Below are positions 39,469 to 50,540 of a DNA stretch of 64,000 nucleotides, one piece after another. This stretch comes from Macrostomum lignano (taxonomy: Eukaryota), in the NCBI GenBank assembly GCA_002269645.1, contig NIVC01002590.1, forward strand, positions 62,001-126,000, written 5' to 3'. The notes under the pieces were generated by a model, which worked only from the letters and a program-made list of their open reading frames with translations, did no database searches and had not been told where the DNA came from. Position 1 is the stretch's first letter. Each line of letters starts with the position of its first letter. Both the position numbers and the translations under genes were made by a program.

Positions 39469-42081
39469 ATGCGGCCGTGGGTACCAATCCTGCCATTACT
39501 GCTTCAACTCGCCCGCGTCAGGGCCCAGTGCAACCCGGCCAGCTCCGTGCCCGACCCTCGAGTTGGCGTTGTTGACTACCCGGGCACGGCTGGCGACAGC
39601 TGCTACTTTCCCTTCACCTACGGCGGCAGGGTGTTCCACGAGTGCGACGGGCCCTACTGCGACGGCTCCTTCTGCGGCTACTGGTGCGCCACCAGCTGCA
39701 ACTACCCCACCGACTACTCGGCCTGGCGCTTCTGCCGCTTTATGGTGGCCGACCTGGCCAAGCCGAACTGCGCCGCCCTGGCCAACATGAGCTCCTCGAC
39801 CGAGATTGAAGTCTACGGCAGCAGCGGCTTAGGCACAGCCTGCTACTTTCCGTTCATGCACGACAATGTCTGCTACGATGACTGCATTGATACTGACGGC
39901 AGCGGCCAGTTTTGGTGCTCAACCACGGATGTCATGTACCACGTAGCTACCAACAAGCGCTTCTGTCGTGCCACCAGGAAGGGCCTGAGGGATTCTAGCT
40001 GTTCCAGACTTAACGCTACCGCCCCCGTGTACCTTCCACAGCAGATTGGCAACTACTCAATAGCTCTGGTGCAAACGGATCCTACAGGTAACTGCACCTT
40101 CCCTTTCTACTACAAAGAGAAATGCTACGATGACTGCACGACGGTGGATGCTCAAGCTTGGGACCTGCCCTGGTGCCTAACCGAGAAATACTACCAGCCT
40201 AACAAGCGAACGAGGGTCTGCCCGCACTATCGCAAGTATAAGGAGGTCACCGGCCTCGCACTTGACTGGGGATTCTTCTACATCCGAGAGCACACCAGCT
40301 GCAGCTCCGGTGGTGCCGCTTGCAACTCGTCCTGGTCTCCCGCAGGTTCCGCTGTGCCAACCACATCAGCTGGATCAAAACGGATGGCGCTGCAGCCGTC
40401 AGCTGAGCCAATTGAGGTCATGCCTCAGCCAAATGGCCTCTTCATCTTAAAGTTGCCATTGAGTTGCACCGACTCCAACTGGAGAAGCTTAAGCATCGAT
40501 GGCAGCGAGGTCGGCCTGGAGCCGATTTCGAACGAGCGCGAGTTCTGGGACCTCCGTCCCACTGGCACGCCAGGTGCGTTCACAGTGCAGTCGATGCGAA
40601 ACAGCACGCGCGGAATGTATCTGTCTCACAGCTCGCTGAGCGGTACTCCGGTTTTAAGCCTGTCGGCTACCAGCGCCACCCAGTGGCGATTCGAAGCGCT
40701 TTCAGATCTGTCTATGGCCTCGCTGGGTCTGCCGTGCGAGAATCCGACCCGGCTGGACGGATCTTGGTGTGCCTGGAGTGAGTACTTTGTGTCCGGGAGC
40801 GTTTCGACCAGAAATCGAACGTGCGCCTGCCCGCCAGCAATTCGCGGCCTGCCATGCGATGGGAACAGCACGGAGGTTGCCTCTGTGGTCAACGGCAGCT
40901 GGTGCGGTTGGTCCGCTTGGACCGAGATCAGCGATGGCTACAACACGAGATCTCGATTGTGCAACTGTAGCGCGCCGAAGAATGGCGGTGCAGACTGTCC
41001 AGGCGCGGGCAACGAGACTGGCCTGCGAGTGAACGGGTCGTGGTGCGATTGGTCCGCGTTCACTGTCGACCCTGACGGCTGGGGATTTCGGAGTCGTTAC
41101 TGCAACTGCAGCGCGCCGCAGTACGGAGGTTTGGACTGCGTCGGACCAAGCAACGATACAGGAGTGGCTGTCAACGGCAGCTGGTGTGCCTGGTCTTCAT
41201 TCTCTCCCGCAGATAGCTCTGGACTGAGCTCCCGAACCCGAGTTTGTAACTGCAGCGCTTCGCAGTACGGAGGCTCAGAATGCGTTGGAGCCAGTAACGA
41301 GACCGGGCCTCAAGTAAACGGGTCCTGGTGCAACTGGTCGCCATTCAATGTTACACACGGTCAAGGAACTCGAAGAAAATCTTGCAACTGCAGAGCGCCA
41401 CAGTTCGGAGGTGCTGCTTGTCCAGGAAGCAGTATCGAGACAGGCCCCGCAGTCAATGGCACTTGGTGCAGTTGGTCGCCTTTTACTGTGAGTGGCTCTC
41501 TAGGCGTCAGAACGCGAGCCTGTAACTGCAGTGCGCCGCAGTATGGCGGCTCGAATTGCTCTGGACTAGGCAGAGAAGAGGGACCGGCCGTGAACGGCAC
41601 CTGGTGTGCATGGTCGGCCTATTCAAGTAACGGAACTCATGAAACTCGACGACGAGTCTGCAACTGCAGCGCGCCGCAGTTCGGCGGATCTGACTGTCCG
41701 GGCAGAGGCGTCGAGGCGAGCAGCATCGTTTCCGGCGGCTGGTGCAGCTGGTCAGCCTGGTCTGTCTCTGGCACCGGCCGGAGCAGCAGAAATCGATCAT
41801 GCACCTGTCCCTCAGCCAGTAGGCTGGGCGCCGGATGCAGCGGGCCGGACACTGAAACTGAAAGCGGCGGTGGCGGCGGCAGCAGCGGACGGGCGCATCC
41901 AGCCGAGCCGGGCGAGCCAGGCGCGGCCTTCACCAGCCTGGACTCGTACACCCGCCTCGTGGCCTGGTCAGCGGTCATCTGCCTGGCCATGCTGACCAGC
42001 ACACTGACCGGCCTGGGCCTCATGCTCAACCGGATTGTCCAGTCCAGACGCTCTGTTGGCTCCAGCACCGAGGCGTCTTAG
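39469..42081 (+). CDS. Intronless 870-aa type I membrane protein: signal peptide, 3 fibronectin type II domains, beta-trefoil/ricin-B-like region, 8 variant TSP1 repeats, TM helix, 16-aa tail
   Basis: Single ORF with a hydrophobic N-terminus. Three CxFPFxY/H...C...WC...C FN2 motifs (aa ~45-89, 125-166, 209-251), a QW-type motif (ATQWRF), eight ~47-aa repeats mostly of the form (N/D/S)GxWCxWS...RxRxCxC...GGxxCxG, and TM segment LVAWSAVICLAMLTSTLTGLGLML. Confidence 0.92.
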   Translation: MRPWVPILPLLLQLARVRAQCNPASSVPDPRVGVVDYPGTAGDSCYFPFTYGGRVFHECDGPYCDGSFCGYWCATSCNYPTDYSAWRFCRFMVADLAKPNCAALANMSSSTEIEVYGSSGLGTACYFPFMHDNVCYDDCIDTDGSGQFWCSTTDVMYHVATNKRFCRATRKGLRDSSCSRLNATAPVYLPQQIGNYSIALVQTDPTGNCTFPFYYKEKCYDDCTTVDAQAWDLPWCLTEKYYQPNKRTRVCPHYRKYKEVTGLALDWGFFYIREHTSCSSGGAACNSSWSPAGSAVPTTSAGSKRMALQPSAEPIEVMPQPNGLFILKLPLSCTDSNWRSLSIDGSEVGLEPISNEREFWDLRPTGTPGAFTVQSMRNSTRGMYLSHSSLSGTPVLSLSATSATQWRFEALSDLSMASLGLPCENPTRLDGSWCAWSEYFVSGSVSTRNRTCACPPAIRGLPCDGNSTEVASVVNGSWCGWSAWTEISDGYNTRSRLCNCSAPKNGGADCPGAGNETGLRVNGSWCDWSAFTVDPDGWGFRSRYCNCSAPQYGGLDCVGPSNDTGVAVNGSWCAWSSFSPADSSGLSSRTRVCNCSASQYGGSECVGASNETGPQVNGSWCNWSPFNVTHGQGTRRKSCNCRAPQFGGAACPGSSIETGPAVNGTWCSWSPFTVSGSLGVRTRACNCSAPQYGGSNCSGLGREEGPAVNGTWCAWSAYSSNGTHETRRRVCNCSAPQFGGSDCPGRGVEASSIVSGGWCSWSAWSVSGTGRSSRNRSCTCPSASRLGAGCSGPDTETESGGGGGSSGRAHPAEPGEPGAAFTSLDSYTRLVAWSAVICLAMLTSTLTGLGLMLNRIVQSRRSVGSSTEAS

Positions 42082-43318
42082 CAGATCAGACCGAAACGGC
42101 CGACACCACCGATATTCTCTGACTACGGATCTCACAGCGCCTACCCGGGATGACCTTTCCGGGACTAGCTTAGTCTAGCTATACTCGTAGCCTCAGTTGA
42201 GCAAGCTGCGATCGTGCTCACTCCTGCAATTCATCTTTCATTGACACTTCGCACTCTCCCTAAATATACATAAGATTTATAACCTGACAGCATCGAGCTG
42301 CCTAATTTATTCTTTGCCATATTACTGAAACACTCAAATTTAGTATATTAGACTAGCAATCCAGTGCCCCCCTTCCGAGGCGCTCAATAAGCAAGGAGCA
42401 AAAATTATTCATGCAAATCCATTAAAAAAGCACATTTTCTTAAGAACCAATTCCTTCTTCAGTTTTATAAATCACCTTATTTGAGTAAAATTGTCATGAA
42501 AAAAGATGCTTACCATGAATCTCTTGCTTCTAAAGTAACAAAGGGACGCAACAAAATAAAGCCCTCAAGAAGATAGCAGGCATACCCCCTAAATCGAAAG
42601 CATCCCCAGAAAGCAAGCATCCCCCCCCCCCAGATAGCAAGCATCCCCTGATTGCAGGCATCCCCAGAAAGCAAGCATCCCCCAGACAGCAAGTAGCTAG
42701 TGCAACAATTTCCTCAGCTAATGCAATAATCGCTTTCTAAGCTATTGTAATAACCCCTTTGTAAGCTAGTGCAATAAACCTTTACTCGTCAAGTACAATA
42801 ATCCTTTTCTCATGGTGCAATAATCGATGTCTCTGCTAGTACAATCGTCACCTTCTCAGCTAGTGCTGAGCAACAAAATGAAATGAGGCGAACTTTTTCA
42901 GCTCTTTATTATTGCGTAAAAACAGGTCTTTAAAAATAACATTGTCATCAAATCTTGAGTTTATAAAATACCTTGGTAGAGCAATTGAAAGTTTGATGTA
43001 TTCCAAAATGCCGAATTTAGTATTGGAAATGTCATCTAGAAAACTGGCATATTGAAGAATCTCATAATTACTCTGCAACAAAACTATTTTGAATAGATTA
43101 AAAACAAATAATATTTCATGAAAAAATCTTTTCTGTTAAAAAATAAAAAAAATACGCAAATTACTTGCAAGTTACTAATAGTAGTGCGAACTGAAAAGCG
43201 TAGAATAGTAGCGTAAAATTTGCACTGTTCCAGTTTGAACGGCGCGGCCTGGAGCTGACAGATAAATGGCGCCAAAAGGGCAGACAGAAGACAGTTCGAC
43301 CGCCCTCAGCAACCACTA

Positions 43319-46300
43319 TCAGGGAGCCGGCTTGGCTGACTGCTGCCGCCGCCGCCTCTCCAACCGCTGCTGCACCAGGTCATCCGCCAGCAGCAGCAGC
43401 CCCGCGAATCCGATCAGAGCCGACAGGAAGATGATGGAGGCGTTCCAGGAGCCGGTCCGGTCGAACAAATCGCCTGGAGAGGAATTTCAAGTATCTATTC
43501 GAGGGTTCGCGGCGATAAAAGCGTTCGGCACTGGTTAGTGAGGCTGGCTTTGGCGCTCTGGGCCAGCCTGAATGGAATTAAATACTTCTAGTGCGAGCTG
43601 AGGGTCTGCTTGCCTGTCTGCTTGTACTGAATATTCTGCTGTGTGTACCCCAATAACCTCACAATGCCTCTCTAGTCCATAGTACTCCAATCCAAATTCA
43701 CGTATCTTCATTGCTTCCCCAATTTCCATCCATCCCATCCCATCCTATCTCATCCTATTCAATCCCATCCCATCCCAACCTATCCCATCTCATCTCATCT
43801 CATCACATACCATCCCATACAATCCCATCTCATCCCATGTCATCCCCATCCCATTCCATCTCACCCATCCCATTCCATCCCATCCCATCCTATCCCATCC
43901 CATCCCATCCCATCCCATCCCATCCAACTCCATCCCATCCTATCCTCTCATATCCCATCCGATCCCCATCCCTAGCAGCAGTAACGCACCCAGCAGCACG
44001 GGCACGATCAGCATGATTATGCTCTCGATGATGCCCAGCATCCCGTAGGTCAAGCCCAGGTTCTCAATCCCGAACGTCTCCACCAGCATTGGCGCCAGGT
44101 TGGGAACCAGGCCGCCAGCCAGCAGGCCCTCCAGCAGAGCGTAGGCCAGGGCAGCGGCCGGTGTCGGGTGCAGCAGGAGGCACCAGAGCGCACCCTGGGC
44201 GATCGTGAGGGTCAGCAGCAGCAGCTGCCGCCTGAACAGCTGCCTGTCAGCCAGGAAGCCGATGCTAATCCGAGTGACGAGGTCGGTGATGCCCTGGTAC
44301 TGCAGCAGCCGGGTGTACTCAGTGGCCGTCATGCCGATGTTCTTGCCGTGCTGCGGCAGCACCATGAAGTTGAACGGCATGGCCTGCGCGGCCAGCGACA
44401 GGCTGAACAGCAGCACCCAGAAGCGAGGCCGGCGCATCAGGCGGCCGCTCTCTTTGAAGCTCCGGCGAAGTCGGGCGACGAAGTTTCCCTGAAAGACGTC
44501 TTCCGGGGTATTCGCTGGGCCGCCGCCGGAGTCAAACAAGACGCTGACGTCTCCACAGGACGCCAGGAAGATCGCCGGGGCGTGCGGGGCCGGGGCGCCG
44601 CGGGACGCATCTTCCGCTGCCTCTGCGGACGTGGCGTTCGTCGAGGTAGCTCGACGTCGACAGCTGCGCCCGGCTGCGGACTTGGCCGAGCCGGACACAA
44701 AAAGAATGTTATCGGCGCTGGTGCAGTAGTGGTGCGGGTCACCGTTGGTTTGTTGCTTGGCTTTGCTCTTGGAGGTGCAGCTTGCACAAGCCTCTGGCTG
44801 GCTCTTGCTATCGTTGTCCATTTCACTTTCTACATCCTTTTCCGTGCTCTGCTTTTTAGTCTTCATTGCGTTTTCTTCCACCACCTCTTCAGCATTCTTC
44901 TCCGCATTCTTCTCCGCATTCTTCTCCGCATTCTTCTCCGCATTCTTCTCCGCATTCTTCTCCGCATTCTTCTCCGCATTTTTCTCCGCATTCTTCTCCG
45001 CATTCTTCTCCGCATTCTTCTCCGCATTCTTCTCCGCATTCTTCTCCGAATTCTTCTCTGCATTCTTCTTCGCATTCTTCTTCGCATTCTTCTTCGCATT
45101 CTTCTCTGCATTCTTCTCCGCATTCTTCTCCGCATTCTCAGCCTGTTCGCCGATCAGCGCCTCCGCCTCAGGCGCAGCTCCCTGGTCGCTGGCGGGCACA
45201 AACGGGCGCATGACAGCGGCAGCCACGGCCACGTTGAGCATGATTGCGCCCCAGATCAGCATGCAGCCGCGGAAGGTGTACTGCTCAATTAGATAGTTCA
45301 TCAACGGTGGCATGCACAGAGCGCCCATGGAGCAGCCGGAGAACGTGATGCCCATAGCGACCGTCCGGCGCTGCAGAAAGTAGTAGCTGATGATCAGCAC
45401 AGTCGGCGGGTGCGTCATGGACAGCCCGATGCCCACCAGCAGCCCGATGGTGAAGTACAGCACCTCCAGCGATTCGGCAAAGTAGGACAGGGAGAAACCT
45501 AAGCTGAGGAAACAGCTGCCGATGGACACGACCAGACGGACTGAGAAGCGCCTGGCCAGGGCCATTGTGACTGGCGCTGGGCGGGTTCGCGGAGGAAGAT
45601 GGATTAGTGGAGAATCATAGGGTTAAACTGGTGCCCATCTGCTCATCTTCTGACTTACTAAGAATGAGAAACACCAGAAACATGAAGCTCAAAATCCATG
45701 AGGTGTCCCGCTTGCTCCTGTTGTAGTGCTCGGACACGCTGGCCAGCAGCAGGCCGGTGCTCCGGACATTGCCGATCACCAGGATGTGCAGGAATGACCC
45801 AGCTGAAATGCATCCGGTCACCTGCTCGCTTAACTGGCAGTCTGGCACTCACTGACTGACAGGCTGGCACAGCCTGACACTCACTGGCTGACAAGCTGAC
45901 ACAGCCTGACACTCACTGGCTGACAAGCTGACACAGCCTGACACTCACTGGCTGACAAGCTGACACTCACTGACTGACAGGCTGGCACAACCTGACACTC
46001 ACTGGCTGACAAGCTGACACAACTTGACACTCTCTGACTGACAAGCTGACACAGCCTGATACTCACTGACTGACAATCCGACACAACCTGACACTTATCA
46101 GATACTGACTGACTATCTAACACAGGATGCCACACACTGGCTGACACAATCTGACTCTCAGTTGCTGACACAATCTGACATTCACTGGCTGACACAGCCT
46201 GACACTCACAGGCTGACACAGTCTGACACTCACTGGCTGACACAGCCTGACACTCACTGGCTGACACAGTCTGACACTCACTGGCTGACACAGCCTGACA

Positions 46301-46930
46301 CTCACAGGCTGACACAGGCTGACACAACCTGACACTCACAGGCTGACACAGCCTGACACTCACTGGCTGACACAGCCTGACACTCACAGGCTGACACAGG
46401 CTGACACAACCTGACACTCACAGGCTGACACAGGCTGACACTCACAGGATGACACAGTCTGACACTCACAGGCTGACACAGGCTGACACTCACAGGCTGA
46501 CACAACCTGACACTCACAGCCTGACACAGCCTGACACTCACAGCCTGACACAACCTGACACTCACAGGCTGACACAGCCTGACACTCACAGCCTGACACA
46601 ACCTGACACTCACAGGCTGACACAGCCTGATACAACCTGATACTCACAGGCTGACACAGCCTGACACTCACAGCCTGACACAACCTGACACTCACAGGCT
46701 GACACAGCCTGACACAACCTGATACTCACAGGCTGACACAGCCTGACACTCACAGCCTTACACAACCTGACACTCACAGGCTGACACAGCCTGACACCCA
46801 CAGGCTGACACAACCTGACACAGCCAGACACTCACTATGACAATTCAGCACAACCACAGCACTCACCGCCGCAGATGACCCAGGCCCAGCCCCTGTCAAC
46901 AGGCGATGCAGCTGGCTTGGCAAGTGCCAT
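43319..46930 (-). CDS. slc16a: Monocarboxylate transporter (SLC16/MCT family, MFS); exons (minus) 46930-46867, 45802-45659, 45576-43990, 43473-43319
   Basis: The N-terminus has the MCT signature PVDRGWAWVICG, followed by TM segments, YFLQRRTVAMGITFSGCSMG, a large central loop, and the final GDLFDRTGSW + TM12. All three introns are GT-AG and phase 1. The symbol is family-level only. Confidence 0.93.
43725..43975. repeat. (ATCCC)n degenerate pentamer repeat in MCT intron 3
   Basis: Direct observation. Confidence 0.85.
44890..45140 (-). repeat. Coding 12-bp repeat (AATGCGGAGAAG = NAEK) inside MCT exon 3
   Basis: About 20 in-frame copies in the central loop. Confidence 0.93.
45840..46840. repeat. 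~24-bp minisatellite CTGACACAGCCTGACACTCAC(T/A)GG filling MCT intron 1
   Basis: Tandem copies with an internal CTGACAC subrepeat. Confidence 0.93.
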
Positions 46931-47814
46931 CAAAGATGGCCTCCAAAACAGAAAAAACCTAATGAAGATCTACTGCAATGGAAAACTCGTATTTCGGTGA
47001 AGTCTTTCGGAAAGTAGTTTAAAACCTGGCAGTTCTGAGGTTTGTCACCACCGACGGACCCGGCTCGAGTTTACAATGATCAAAATCGGCGATAACAGAA
47101 AGAAATAAATGAAATTCTAAACAGACAAATGAAGCGCTACTGAAAAAGCGAGATGGCATCTTATAAAAAGCAAGATTGGCCAGTTTTTTCTCCATCCGAA
47201 GCTCCATTGGCTGCAGTGCGCTGACCTGATGCCATTCCCTTACCCCGAGCAGCGCTGTACGCGGAGCCATGGACGCCATAAGGTAGACATCTGGACACAG
47301 GTCTAGCCCAATGGAATTTCCCCAATCGATTGAAACGCAAAAACACAAACTGCCTTCCATTCCAGACTCTCTCTCTCTCTGTCTAGGAGTCCCTGGCAGA
47401 GCGCTGATGCTGCGGCATCTGCCCCTCACCGTCCGCCCAAGTGCACACTGCTAGGGGTACACTGAGACGTACAGGGAGGGAGCAAGGACTCAATAGCTAC
47501 GCACTGCCCTGTCCTGTGACATCCATCTGTACTCGCCTGTACCGCGGCTACATGAGTACACTTTCCTCAGCGCCTCTCATTGCCTCTCATTGAAACCCTG
47601 AGATCTGGAATGGAACCCGGCTATTTTTAGGAATAAAACCGACTAAGAACTGGGCCATGCTTTTGTTGGCATCAGGATCGTAGTTTGTCTGCGTCCCTGG
47701 GTGTATTAAGGGCCCGCGTTCACGCCAACAGGCAGTTAGAGTTGTCAATCAAGAAACAACACTGATTTCAAGCTGTGGTTTCATCAGGATTGCCTATAGC
47801 ACTAATGCGTAATG

Positions 47815-49560
47815 AGCTGGGATCTGTAACCTGGGATCTCGGATCTGTGTTCCGGGATCTGGGATCTGGGATCTGGGATCTAGCATATGGAATTTATGAC
47901 CTATGCTCTGGGATGTAGAATCTGGGATTTGGGATTTGGGATCTAGGATTTTGGATTCGGGATCTAAGATGTGGAATATTGGATCAATGTTTTGGGATCT
48001 TGGGCGTGGGATTAGGATCTAATTTAGGCTGCCTGTTTTCTGGAGTCTTCATCCGGGATATGAAATCTGGGATCTGAGATCTGGGATCTGGGATCTGGGA
48101 TCCGGAATCTGGGATCTGGGATCTGGGATCTGGGTTCTGGGATCTGGGATCTGGGATCTGGGATCTGGGATCTGGGATCTGGGATCCGAGATCCATGATC
48201 TGAGATCTATGATCTGGGATCTATGATCTGGGATCTATGATCTGGGATCTATGATCTGGGATCTATGATCTGGGATCTATGATCTGGGATCTATGATCTG
48301 GGATCTATGATCTGGGATCTATGATCTGGGATCTATGATCTGGGATCTATGATCTGGGATCTATGATCTGGGATCTATGATCTGGGATCTATGATCTGGG
48401 ATCTATGATCTGGGATCTATGATCTGGGATCTATGATCTGGGATCTATGATCTGGGATCTATGATCTGGGATCTATGATCTGGGATCTATGATCTGGGAT
48501 CTATGATCTGGGATCTATGATCTGGGATCTATGATCTGGGATCTATGATCTGGGATCTATGATCTGGGATCTATGATCTGGGATCTATGATCTGGGATCT
48601 ATGATCTGGGATCTATGATCTGGGATCTATGATCTGGGATCTATGATCTGGGATCTATGATCTGGGATCTATGATCTGGGATCTATGATCTGGGATCTAT
48701 GATCTGGGATCTATGATCTGGGATCTATGATCTGGGATCTATGATCTGGGATCTATGATCTGGGATCTATGATCTGGGATCTATGATCTGGGATCTATGA
48801 TCTGGGATCTATGATCTGGGATCTATGATCTGGGATCTATGATCTGGGATCTATGATCTGGGATCTATGATCTGGGATCTATGATCCGAGATCCATGATC
48901 TGAGATCTATGATCTGGGATCTATGATCTGGGATCTGGGATCTGGGATCCGGGATATGGGATCCGGTATCTGGGATCTGGGATCTAGGATCTGGGATTTG
49001 GCATCTGGGGTTTGGGATTTGGGATTTGGGATTAAGGATCTTGGATATGCGATTCATTATCTGAAATCTGGGATTCAGAAGTTAAAATCTCGCATCTATG
49101 ATTTGGGATTTAGGATTTGGAACCTGAGATGTGGAATAATGGATCAATGTAATGTTTTGGGATCTTGGGCGTGGGATTTCGGATTTCGGATCTGATTTGG
49201 CTGTCTGTTTTCTGGAGTCTTCATCCGAGATCTGTGATCTTGGATTTGGGATTTGAGATATGGGATTTCTAATCTGAAATTAGGGATTTGGAAGTTGAGA
49301 TCTTGGATCAGTGATTTGGAATTCGGGATTTTGGATCTCGAATCTGGGATGTGGAACATTAGAACCCATGTTCCGAGATCTTTGAGGCGGGATTTGGGAT
49401 CTATGATCTGTTTTAGGCCGTCCGTTTTCTAGAATTTTTTATCTGGGATTTAGGATCTGGGATCTTGGGATCTCTCTGGAATCTGCATTCTAAAATATGG
49501 CTCTAGAATCTGTCTTCGAGGATAAAGAATTTGTGGGATTTGGGATCTGAGGAATATAAT
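47815..49560 (+). repeat. (GATCTGG)n-based satellite with a perfect 14-bp core GATCTGGGATCTAT (~48205-48925)
   Basis: Direct observation; degenerate flanks contain a duplicated ~100-bp block. Confidence 0.92.
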
Positions 49561-49854
49561 CTTAGAACCTGGGACCTGGGATTTAGAGCCAGGAATTTTG
49601 AGCAACGAGTATGTAGAAAGAAAAATTCGAAGACTACTACTCAACGGAATAAGTACTATATGTAGCGCTTTTATCGCATTTTATCACATTTTGGGCACAA
49701 ATTTGTAGCTCAAATTATTCTGGCTGCGCAGTGTTTTACTCAATAAGAAACACTAATACGCAAAATACAACTAAAGCAGGAAGCGGCTATTGTTCGTAGA
49801 GATGCGAGCGTTAAAGCGATGAGAGAAATGCCTGATCCCAATGTGTCAGCTACT

Positions 49855-50405
49855 CCAATCCCGATCCCAGATTCCAGATTCCAGATCCTAGATTCCAGAT
49901 CCTAGATTACAGATCCCAAATCCCAAATCCCAGATCCCAGACTCTAGATTCTAGATCATAGTAGCATTTCAGATCCCAGATCTCAGACTCTAGATTCCAG
50001 ATCATAGCATTCCAGATTCCAGATCCCAGACTCTACATCCTAGATCATAGCATCCCAAATCCCAGATCCCAGATTCCAGATCCCAGATCCCAGATCCCAG
50101 ATCCCAGATCCCAGATCCAAGATCCCAGATCCAAGATCCCAGATCCAAGATCCCAGATCCAAGATCCCAGATCCAAGATCCCAGATCCAAGATCCCAGAT
50201 CCAAGATCCCAGATCCAAGATCCCAGATCCAAGATCCCAGATCCAAGATCCCAGATCCAAGATCCCAGATCCAAGATCCTAGATCCAAGATCCCAGATCC
50301 AAGATCCCAGATCCAAGATCCCAGATCCTAGATCATAGAATTTCAGATCCCAGATCCCAAATCCTAGTTCTTACTATTTCAAATCTAAAGTCCCAGATCC
50401 CAGAT
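49855..50405 (-). repeat. (CCAGATC)n satellite, the inverted counterpart of 47815-49560
   Basis: The reverse complement of its core is GATCTGGGATCTTG. Confidence 0.9.
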
Positions 50406-50540
50406 GACAACCAATAGAAAGCAAGCGGTTGTACACGATGGTACGAGTTGCATTACGGTATATTACGAGCTAAAATCATTCGAGCGAAATAACCAGGCCA
50501 GTTGAGCAGCGGTTCTGCAGTCAGTCGGTGAGTCATTCAG

